Part shown: positions 22,475-29,924 of the stretch, one piece after another
Layout of the letters: every line of letters begins with the position of its first letter
Position numbering within the stretch: position 1 is the first letter of the stretch
IMG/VR virus record: IMGVR_UViG_3300040801_003999
Location: 1 to 64,000 of that record
DNA length: 64,000 nucleotides
From: a virus
Strand: one strand, 5' to 3'
Notes under the pieces: generated by a model
The model's database searches: none
Seen by the model: only the letters and a program-made list of their open reading frames with translations
Told to the model about the DNA's origin: nothing
Position numbers and translations under genes: made by a program

Positions 22475-22995
22475 GCAGAAATTGTATCTTTTTCTTGCAG
22501 GTCATGATTGATTGGTTCATACCAGTCTGGTGCCGGGCGTGCTTTGCGCCAGCGAGCGAAGCGGGACTTGTCTTGGTTGTAGAATTCTCGATAGGAATCG
22601 ACAACCGAATCTCGGCGATAGTGTTCGGGCATGGCCAATCGGTGTCTGGTCAGACCGACATCAGGAAGGTCAGGGATATTCTCGATGCCCCATCGAATAA
22701 CCTCTTCAGATTTAATGATTTTTCCGTACCTGAATGTGTACTCGGCGGACTGAGCCAGACCAAACTCGCACAGCCACAGATAGTTATCCAGAGATTCGAG
22801 CGCCCACAATGTACATGGGTGCTTTAGATGTGCTTTGTTAGCTTTATAGGGGATTAGGTCAGGCGGAAGCTGACCAAGGGAATGGTGTGCAAAACAAATG
22901 AGCTGAGCTGTCTCTGTAGGCATCTTGCAGGCATGCTGATCACAGGCATGCTGTGCAGAAGTGACAATATCTTCATCAAGTACAAAAATGTTCAT
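22471..22995 (-). CDS. hypothetical protein
   Basis: 174-aa ORF, MNIFVLDEDIVTSAQHACDQHACKMPTETAQLICFAHH... Looks like a conserved family but I cannot name it. Confidence 0.65.
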   Translation of the reverse strand: MNIFVLDEDIVTSAQHACDQHACKMPTETAQLICFAHHSLGQLPPDLIPYKANKAHLKHPCTLWALESLDNYLWLCEFGLAQSAEYTFRYGKIIKSEEVIRWGIENIPDLPDVGLTRHRLAMPEHYRRDSVVDSYREFYNQDKSRFARWRKARPAPDWYEPINHDLQEKDTISA

Positions 22996-23084
22996 ATCGA
23001 ACTCCGTGATAGTGTAGAGCGACCCCCCCTCCCTAGGTACTACCGGGGTACTTCTACTAGTCTACCACATCCGAAAACCATCGT

Positions 23085-23276
23085 CTAGTCTTTTCCGCTA
23101 ACATTCCCGGATAGAAGAACAGTGAGAAGATACCAAAATCCGATAATGTTGAAAGAAAAAATTATTAACAAATTTAAAAGATTGTCGCCAATGCCATATG
23201 AATGGAAGACCCCAAACATAATTGACACACAGAATGATCCAATCGACTTTGTTATTTTTTCAGTTGTTTTGTTCAT
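23085..23276 (-). CDS. small membrane protein (2 TM)
   Basis: 63 aa with hydrophobic segments SFCVSIMFGVF and LLIIFSFNIIGFWYLLTVLL. Confidence 0.55.
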   Translation of the reverse strand: MNKTTEKITKSIGSFCVSIMFGVFHSYGIGDNLLNLLIIFSFNIIGFWYLLTVLLSGNVSGKD

Positions 23277-23279
23277 AAT

Positions 23280-24095
23280 TTAAAAATAATGCCTAACCTT
23301 AGATTTGTCGATGATAAATTCAACCACATCTTCAGAAAATTCTGAATTCATAGCAGATATCCTCTCCTCTACCACAGAGACAGGCTTTTCGCCGAAACCT
23401 TCACAGTAGTGCCAGACTTTCAGAACATTTCCGTCTAAATCCCTCACTTTTTCATCCCCAACAAAATATTCCGCGAGGGTGTTTTTATGCATTTTAAAAG
23501 TCTTTGATTTTTTAGCTCGAACATTATAAAAAACACCGGAACCGGGCCTATCTACAATTTTCCACGAGAATAAATTATCGCGCACAATAATATTAATGCC
23601 AGCCTGTTCGCTATACGCATTCCCGTGTTTTTGATAGTATCTAGTATAGGGAAGCGACAGCCTGATAATCTCAGGAATTATATCCAAGTCGTTGAAACAG
23701 ATCACATCTGCGTTGCAGTGCTGATCAGCACTGTTTATAAACTCTCCGTTTTGAATAAGAGGATACGGATAATCTAAAGTAGCAAGCATTTGATGTTCAT
23801 CATCATCGAGGAACTCATCTAGGCGGCCGAGCGTAATTGTATCTGCTCCAAGAGAAATCAATTTATTGTACTTATTATTCCTAGAGTTATTTATTTCGTA
23901 TCCGATAGCATATTTCACAATCCCCGGCGAAAATTTGCGAAATTTTTTAAAAGAAGAGTAATCTGCGCGCGCCTCGTTTGTCACAAGAACCGTGTCGACA
24001 TCGGGATGCCAAGACCTAAATGATTCATAGGCGTTCTCACCCAGTTTCTCATAGCGAAGATCATCATAATAGATAACGCAGAGTGTCGACATCAC
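23280..24095 (-). CDS. GT-A fold glycosyltransferase-like protein (tentative)
   Basis: 271 aa. ISLGADTITLGRLDEFL resembles the (Y)LDADT.V.G.L.EL DxD region of GT8-type transferases. Confidence 0.45.
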   Translation of the reverse strand: MMSTLCVIYYDDLRYEKLGENAYESFRSWHPDVDTVLVTNEARADYSSFKKFRKFSPGIVKYAIGYEINNSRNNKYNKLISLGADTITLGRLDEFLDDDEHQMLATLDYPYPLIQNGEFINSADQHCNADVICFNDLDIIPEIIRLSLPYTRYYQKHGNAYSEQAGINIIVRDNLFSWKIVDRPGSGVFYNVRAKKSKTFKMHKNTLAEYFVGDEKVRDLDGNVLKVWHYCEGFGEKPVSVVEERISAMNSEFSEDVVEFIIDKSKVRHYF

Positions 24096-24584
24096 CTACC
24101 CTTTCAAGATTTGCTTTCCATTTCCAGAAAACTTTTCGAGAATGGCATTTCGATCTCCAACAACAATATAGGTCAGACCAGATTTTGTTGTCAAATTATA
24201 AAACCTAGCAACCTCAGAGAGGTTGTCTGGAAAGTTTTTGGATTCGTTGATGAAGCGAGTGTTCATATCCTCATTGACCTCAAGAGAGGCGAAGTCTGAT
24301 TTTGGAACATCAACCCGAATAAGTCGTTTGGTATTGCTCGGGTCAATCCTAAACAATTCTACAAATTCCATTTTTATTTCTCCTTGTCGCTCGATCATCA
24401 TTTGTTTAATGTACAAACACATGTCCAATGCTTCTTCGTAAGCATCCTGTAGTGCATCTCTGCCATTGAAGGGCAGGAGAGGCACTCCATATGATTCTAT
24501 CCCCTTCTCTCGACGCACGCGTAAATCTGCGATAACGCGCGACACCATATCATCAGAGACCGCCAAAACCACCTCCAGAGCCAC
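24096..24584 (-). CDS. hypothetical protein (MazG/dNTP-pyrophosphohydrolase-like N-terminal motif, tentative)
   Basis: 162 aa. REKGIESYGVPLLPFNGRDALQDAYEEALDMCLYIKQ pattern. Confidence 0.4.
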   Translation of the reverse strand: MALEVVLAVSDDMVSRVIADLRVRREKGIESYGVPLLPFNGRDALQDAYEEALDMCLYIKQMMIERQGEIKMEFVELFRIDPSNTKRLIRVDVPKSDFASLEVNEDMNTRFINESKNFPDNLSEVARFYNLTTKSGLTYIVVGDRNAILEKFSGNGKQILKG

Positions 24585-24915
24585 TAAAAATTTTGGTGAC
24601 CTCGTCCTTCAAATCTTTGTGAAAATCCGGATCTGCTAGCTTATCTCGAATTTCAATCCACATGGGGTTACTCATAATCTCATCGTAAAACATAACTTCT
24701 TCATATGTAAGCTTTTGAACATATGATTGTCCCACAGCTTGAACATAGGCGTCATGAAGCTTCTGGCTAATTGTCGGTGTCATAGCGAAAGTCCCGAGAA
24801 TTTCGCGTAGCTGAGCGACATAGTTATCCGCTTCCTGCTTAACAATTCGCGAAATCACTCGCAGCTTCTCACTTTCTTGTTCTTCAGTCATATTTTCTTG
24901 GCTATTTTCATCCAT
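24553..24915 (-). CDS. hypothetical protein
   Basis: 120-aa co-oriented ORF, overlaps its neighbours by a few codons. Confidence 0.6.
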   Translation of the reverse strand: MDENSQENMTEEQESEKLRVISRIVKQEADNYVAQLREILGTFAMTPTISQKLHDAYVQAVGQSYVQKLTYEEVMFYDEIMSNPMWIEIRDKLADPDFHKDLKDEVTKIFSGSGGGFGGL

Positions 24916-25519
24916 TTTCTTCTCCTTCCTCTTCAGGGAATTTAGCTACTAATTTTAATTTCTCTTTATCGATCATAACATCGCTCATGACATGACCGGC
25001 TCTTTGAGCTGTTTCGGACAACACTCTCTTGGTGATATGTTCTTCCGTTATTTCTTTCTTATCCAAGAAATACAAGGCAGACATCTTAACCGGAGTTCTG
25101 TATACTTCGCCCTTGATAGATGTCAAAGGATCGTATTTATGATCTATCTCAACAACAGTTTTGGGTTTAGACTTATCATAGAGATATTTCATGATAAAAT
25201 AGTGCGGCTTGTCTCCATTCTGGATTGCCTTGTACATATTCTTGTATGCGGCCGATGTTAACTTGAACTTCTTCTTTGTTCTTGGTTTAATATCTAAGTC
25301 CTTGCCGTACATGGCCTTGACTTGGTATCGTTCCTTGCAACAGCTGCACTCTAAATCATAAACAGCCTCATCGAACTCGGCCATTTCTAATGAGCCGCCG
25401 CACTCCACACAATCTACATTCTCCTCAACCCATTTTTCCGCTGCATACTTTCCAATAACATGTTTTCTTTTTAATACGAACGGTGGCACAGAGCCTAATG
25501 GTAAATAGAAATCAATCAC
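24908..25519 (-). CDS. DpnI-like PD-(D/E)xK nuclease (tentative)
   Basis: CVECGGSLEMAEFDEAVYDLECSCCKERYQVKA: a Cys4 cluster wrapped around a D...E.K motif, as in the DpnI catalytic domain. Confidence 0.45.
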   Translation of the reverse strand: MIDFYLPLGSVPPFVLKRKHVIGKYAAEKWVEENVDCVECGGSLEMAEFDEAVYDLECSCCKERYQVKAMYGKDLDIKPRTKKKFKLTSAAYKNMYKAIQNGDKPHYFIMKYLYDKSKPKTVVEIDHKYDPLTSIKGEVYRTPVKMSALYFLDKKEITEEHITKRVLSETAQRAGHVMSDVMIDKEKLKLVAKFPEEEGEENG

Positions 25520-25538
25520 CTTTCTCTCCTGAGTTTAA

Positions 25539-25560
25539 TTGTCTAAGATCATTTAGACAA
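25539..25560. promoter_or_regulatory. palindromic operator-like site
   Basis: TTGTCTAA-gatcat-TTAGACAA (8-6-8). Abuts the -10 of promoter 25560..25588. GATC at its centre. Confidence 0.5.
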
Positions 25561-25588
25561 CTATATCACAAGAGAAAGGTGATTTCAA
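25560..25588 (-). promoter_or_regulatory. sigma70-like promoter
   Basis: Minus strand TTGAAA-17-TATAGT, TGa. Confidence 0.5.
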
Positions 25589-25597
25589 GCTTTTTAT

Positions 25598-25804
25598 TTA
25601 ACTTTCTTGATCAGCAATCATTTCCATAGCCGCGAGCGCGAAGCTCAATTCCTCGGCGCTCATCTCTTGAGTGTCCGCAGCAGAGACCAGCACGTCCCTG
25701 ACCATATCTGAAATCTCTTCCAGACTGTAGTCAATAGGCTCAGTGTCAGCCTCTAGAGATGCCGCCTTAAACGGGAGATTATCTTTGTTGTATGAGTACA
25801 TCAT
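25598..25804 (-). CDS. small highly acidic protein
   Basis: 68 aa rich in D/E: EADTEPIDYSLEEISDMVRDVLVSAADTQEMSAEELSF. Confidence 0.55.
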   Translation of the reverse strand: MMYSYNKDNLPFKAASLEADTEPIDYSLEEISDMVRDVLVSAADTQEMSAEELSFALAAMEMIADQES

Positions 25805-26235
25805 CGCGCCTCCAAGTTATACATGCCGTTAATAAGCTTAGCCACACTCTTCTTCTTGCCGGACCTACGCAAGTCTGCAACAACCCTTGAAACAGTATTG
25901 TCAACATAGTATTTGAAACTATCATACAAATCAAGGCAGGACAGTTCAGACATGCATCGCCGACAATCAACTGAAATGAATCTATTGAGGTCTGTGGCTG
26001 TTGAGTCAGTGTATGCCAGTGCAATAATGTGGTCAAAAAGCTCTTTTTCCTCATCTTTATTCGAAGAAAAAATGATGAAATCGTCAATGACCATCGGAAC
26101 ATCAGCCTCGACTGATTCGTGGAGAGAAAAGAGACGATACCCCTTCTTTTTTAATTGCTCTCGAATGAACACAGTATTATCAAACATATTAGTCTCCAAT
26201 TGAAACGACGTAATCACCACTCTGCGAAAAACCAA
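25801..26235 (-). CDS. hypothetical protein
   Basis: 144-aa co-oriented ORF. Confidence 0.6.
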   Translation of the reverse strand: MVFRRVVITSFQLETNMFDNTVFIREQLKKKGYRLFSLHESVEADVPMVIDDFIIFSSNKDEEKELFDHIIALAYTDSTATDLNRFISVDCRRCMSELSCLDLYDSFKYYVDNTVSRVVADLRRSGKKKSVAKLINGMYNLEAR

Positions 26236-27451
26236 AGCGGTCCATATCAGTCAAGCCACGTTTGTCGGTACACCACATCAGCTGCACTCGCGATGAGTCT
26301 GGGCGAGGTGCCATCATATCAGTCAAAATAATGTGACCATCGAAGCGTTGACGATCAACAAATTCCACGGGCGCTTCAAAATTAGTGCCGCCACAAGATA
26401 CTCGCTCAGGCTCAATTCTTTGACCCTTTTTCCAGACAAAAACTTTGTCTTCGCGAACTTTACTGTCAAACGGAATAACCGTGAACTCTACATGCTTTGC
26501 AAGCCCAGACAATTCTGCAAAAAATTTGGCCAAAAGCTCATCGTCGACTGACCCAGACTGGTCGATGCTTACCGCAATCTTGGCGACATGGTCTGCTGTA
26601 ATGCCTGCGTACTTGTATGGTGCGCGTCGAGAAATCTTCTTGATAGAGCTTCGACGTTCGCCTCGAACAGAGCGCTGAATAAATCTTCGGAGCGTGGTCC
26701 GCCAATTAATTTTTGGCGTAAAGATCTCCTTGATTTTCCTCTTCGTTTCCGAGGAGATGGAGCCCCATTCAGTAGAGCGCGCGCACTTGTTGTAGGATTC
26801 CCTCAACATCTTCTTGAGCAACTGATCAGCGTAGGATGCATCGCGCGGATCATTGGCCCAATCATGGAAATCAACAAGTCTGCCAGTCGCGCCTGCCTGA
26901 ATCTTTTTGACAAGATCTTTATCCTTCATGATCAAGTGCCAATAGTGCTCCGAAGCCTCTCCGATAGGATAGTCCTTAAACGGACCGGGCGTGCCGGGAA
27001 TCAAAAACTTTGCAGCCTCTTTATCTTCATCTTCGACGCTTTCATCGTAAAGTGAATGAAACACAATGTTCTGTGGAATTTCACTTGCCAGTTTCGAATT
27101 GATGGCGAGGTCGGTAGCGTAATTTGCCACTGCTTGCAAGGAAGCATCGGAACCGGCCAGATTTCGATTTGTCAAATGGCCAAGAATCAAGTGATAGAAT
27201 TCATGCTTGAGCACACCAACAACGTATTTCGGGTCATTTTCATCCAATTCGGCGAAGAAGTATGGATTCCAAATCAACTCAAAACAGGAAGACGTCGGAG
27301 TATATCGGACACAAGCGGTCTTGATATACTCCATCTCTTTCTCACTCGTCGGCCGCTTAGCCACAAAGCTCGAAAACTCCGTGAAAAACGGCTCATCCTT
27401 GAGCGTGCGCTGCAAAAGGTCCTCGAACCTGCGGCGTGACATCTTATTCAT
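26189..27451 (-). CDS. VWA-domain protein with N-terminal HExxH metallopeptidase-like domain
   Basis: LKHEFYHLILGH (HExxH). MIDAS-like VSIDQSGSVDDE. Start uncertain (several ATGs between 27442 and 27463). Confidence 0.7.
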   Translation of the reverse strand: MNKMSRRRFEDLLQRTLKDEPFFTEFSSFVAKRPTSEKEMEYIKTACVRYTPTSSCFELIWNPYFFAELDENDPKYVVGVLKHEFYHLILGHLTNRNLAGSDASLQAVANYATDLAINSKLASEIPQNIVFHSLYDESVEDEDKEAAKFLIPGTPGPFKDYPIGEASEHYWHLIMKDKDLVKKIQAGATGRLVDFHDWANDPRDASYADQLLKKMLRESYNKCARSTEWGSISSETKRKIKEIFTPKINWRTTLRRFIQRSVRGERRSSIKKISRRAPYKYAGITADHVAKIAVSIDQSGSVDDELLAKFFAELSGLAKHVEFTVIPFDSKVREDKVFVWKKGQRIEPERVSCGGTNFEAPVEFVDRQRFDGHIILTDMMAPRPDSSRVQLMWCTDKRGLTDMDRFGFSQSGDYVVSIGD

Positions 27452-28676
27452 CGTCATTGTCATCTTTTTCCTCCTCCTTGAGAGGATCTTCGATTCCAGA
27501 ATCAATAATTCGTTTAGCCATCATGACCATGTAATCTTCGTCAGCTTCCTTCGGGAGAAGTTCGTTGAGGGCCTCTCGAAGCTTGACGAAGTTGTCGTAC
27601 GAGCCATGCAGTCCACTTTCGTCATCCACGTCGATGTGACGCGCCCAGAAATGAGCTTGAATCTCCATGTCGAGAGCATCAACGAATGTCGCAAGATTTT
27701 TAAAGCACTCCTTGGAGTGATTGCTATCCTTCAGAGCGCCCGACTTGTAGAGCCTCATAACCAAACTTCGCTGATGGGGGACAGTCAAGTTGCTGATGTC
27801 TTCAGCCTTGAAGTTGCCCTCAAGAATATCAGAGGCTCCAAGCTGCTGTTCGAGATTAATCATGTATTCTCGAAATTGCAGCGCCACATCATTCCCGACA
27901 AATCCAGTCAAGAGATTAAACGCTTGATTGGCATTGCTCTTATCGCGAAGATTTAGGCCGGACCCCCGAACAACATCCGAGAAACGCTTCCAAGACCGTC
28001 GAGATGGATACACTTGGTCAGGCTGAAATTGTCCTTCGTGCTCCAGCGCACCCAACGACTTTTGAATGAAGTCGACGATAATTGGTTCAACATTGGGCTG
28101 TTCACCTTCAATGAAGCCTTTCTTTTTGTCGTATGACAAGAAGACTTTCCGCTTGGCCCATCGAATCCAATCGTCGAGCGTCGGCTCAACATCCCAGACA
28201 ACCCATCGATCAAGCTCAGCAGGGTCCATGTCAGCAACATTATAGTCGACACCAGTATTGACTGCGCCGATAATACGAGTGCTTTCATGAAGAGACTTGC
28301 CGGCGAGACCATGAGAATCAGTAAGTTGCATCAGGGCCTGTTTGACCTGCGTCGAAGCTCGATTTAGCTCGTCGAGGACCAAAAGACATGGCGATTCCTG
28401 ACACTTCCTAAACCAACTCGGCGGCTTAAACACAGTCACGTCATCTTCGAGAAAGGGCAGGCCCAACAAATCGCCCTCGTTCATCTGAGATGCCCGAAGC
28501 TCAACGACTTTGAGGTCGGGAACATCAAGGCCCATGAATGCGCCCAGACCCTGAGCGATTTCATAAGCACTCTCGGACTTACCGATACCGTGCCGTCCGC
28601 GAATAAGGACGGGATACCCTTCCACCAGAACCGGCTTGGCAATAGAAACAAAAGTTTGAAGATCGATAGATGCCAT
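27444..28676 (-). CDS. MoxR-like AAA+ ATPase
   Basis: Walker A GRHGIGKSE, Walker B LLVLDELNRA. Immediately upstream of the VWA partner. Confidence 0.75.
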   Translation of the reverse strand: MASIDLQTFVSIAKPVLVEGYPVLIRGRHGIGKSESAYEIAQGLGAFMGLDVPDLKVVELRASQMNEGDLLGLPFLEDDVTVFKPPSWFRKCQESPCLLVLDELNRASTQVKQALMQLTDSHGLAGKSLHESTRIIGAVNTGVDYNVADMDPAELDRWVVWDVEPTLDDWIRWAKRKVFLSYDKKKGFIEGEQPNVEPIIVDFIQKSLGALEHEGQFQPDQVYPSRRSWKRFSDVVRGSGLNLRDKSNANQAFNLLTGFVGNDVALQFREYMINLEQQLGASDILEGNFKAEDISNLTVPHQRSLVMRLYKSGALKDSNHSKECFKNLATFVDALDMEIQAHFWARHIDVDDESGLHGSYDNFVKLREALNELLPKEADEDYMVMMAKRIIDSGIEDPLKEEEKDDNDDE

Positions 28677-28697
28677 AATGCCACTCTCCTTGTTGTC

Positions 28698-28928
28698 TTA
28701 GCGACGTGCTTTCAGAAAAAGATTCAAATCACTCGATTTGTATTCAACTTCCTCACCAGTATTATACATGTAACAGGTGACGATGTCAAGCTTCCTGTTG
28801 ATTTTTGTGACATACCCGATGTCACCTTCGTGGTTCATGCCATTTCGCGAAATTGCGATGACTCGGTCGAAATTATTAATCCAGCTCAGTTTAGCCAATT
28901 TCCCTCTCCTATGAAAGATATTGATCAA
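28698..28928 (-). CDS. hypothetical protein
   Basis: 76-aa co-oriented ORF. Confidence 0.55.
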   Translation of the reverse strand: MINIFHRRGKLAKLSWINNFDRVIAISRNGMNHEGDIGYVTKINRKLDIVTCYMYNTGEEVEYKSSDLNLFLKARR

Positions 28929-29334
28929 TTATCCATTCCAAATAACCTTCATACTGGCTCGCAGGAATGATGTACGAGTCCATGCCTTGGTCGAAACTAA
29001 TATACGGACATTTACCCTGCTCGTCAACCACTTTTTCGGCAAAAGTTTTGGTCGGGAAAGTGATGACAAAAGAACCGGCTTCGCCCGGTGTGCCGACAAC
29101 AAGCTGGCCGGCCTTTGAGAGCCTGTTCATGTACCTCTCCTTATTTTCTTTGTAATCATGAAGGTTAACATAAAGAGACCATTCGCTCCAGTTTGGTCGG
29201 ACAATTTCTCTGCATCTCCAATTCTCTTCCATAATGAGAATAGAACTGCCATCAATTCGAACAGTTCCGATTTTCTTATCTTTCCAGCGAATAATAGTAT
29301 CTCCGCCCTTGAAATTATGACTTTCTTTATCCAT
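28909..29334 (-). CDS. hypothetical protein
   Basis: MDKESHNFKGGDTIIRWKDKKIGTV... The start overlaps the stop of 29327..29635. Confidence 0.6.
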   Translation of the reverse strand: MDKESHNFKGGDTIIRWKDKKIGTVRIDGSSILIMEENWRCREIVRPNWSEWSLYVNLHDYKENKERYMNRLSKAGQLVVGTPGEAGSFVITFPTKTFAEKVVDEQGKCPYISFDQGMDSYIIPASQYEGYLEWIIDQYLS

Positions 29335-29635
29335 CCTCCAACCCTCCCTCTGACTGTGGAAGTTCGTCGTATCCGCCGTACTCTTGGCTGAGGCGAGCCA
29401 ACTCGTCCAGTGCCTCACAACAGATTTTTCGGCGGTGCTCGACCTTGTCCTTCAACCGATTCAACGTTTCCTCCAACTCCGCCACGCGGGCCTCAAGCTC
29501 CGCGATCTTCTTCTCCCGCCAGAAAAGCTGCTTCTCCTTTCTGCGGGCCTCGCGCTCCCAGCCGTGCGCCCCGGGCGGTCCCCAGCCCTCCCACCGGCCC
29601 GGCATGTCGTACTCACTTTCGAATTTGTCACTCAT
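29327..29635 (-). CDS. hypothetical coiled-coil protein (GC-rich island)
   Basis: MSDKFESEYDMPGRWEGWGPPGAHGWE...KIAELEARVAELEETLNRLKDK. ATGA-type overlap with the upstream gene. Confidence 0.55.
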   Translation of the reverse strand: MSDKFESEYDMPGRWEGWGPPGAHGWEREARRKEKQLFWREKKIAELEARVAELEETLNRLKDKVEHRRKICCEALDELARLSQEYGGYDELPQSEGGLEDG

Positions 29636-29924
29636 CGTCGGCCTCCAGCGCCTTGCGGCAGGCGTGGTGAAAATGAAGCTGGTTGTAGTCGACAGCTCGC
29701 CTGTCCCTCGCAGCCCATTCGACCACCTCCCTAGGCAGGATGACGGAGACGTGGCCCTCGGGCGGGGTCAGCTCCGCGACGACCCGCTCCAGCCGCTGGC
29801 GCTCCGCCTTTTCGTCGTCCCAGTGTTTGCGGTTGGTGGCGAGCCACTTCTCGGCCTCTTCGGCGCGCTCTCGCTGTTTCATCGCCTCGGCGTGCCAGTT
29901 TTGAATTTTCGTTTCGTCGCTCAT
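29628..29924 (-). CDS. hypothetical protein (GC-rich island)
   Basis: MSDETKIQNWHAEAMKQRERAEEAEKWLATNRKHWDDEKAERQRLE... The start abuts the RNA ligase stop. Confidence 0.55.
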   Translation of the reverse strand: MSDETKIQNWHAEAMKQRERAEEAEKWLATNRKHWDDEKAERQRLERVVAELTPPEGHVSVILPREVVEWAARDRRAVDYNQLHFHHACRKALEADDE

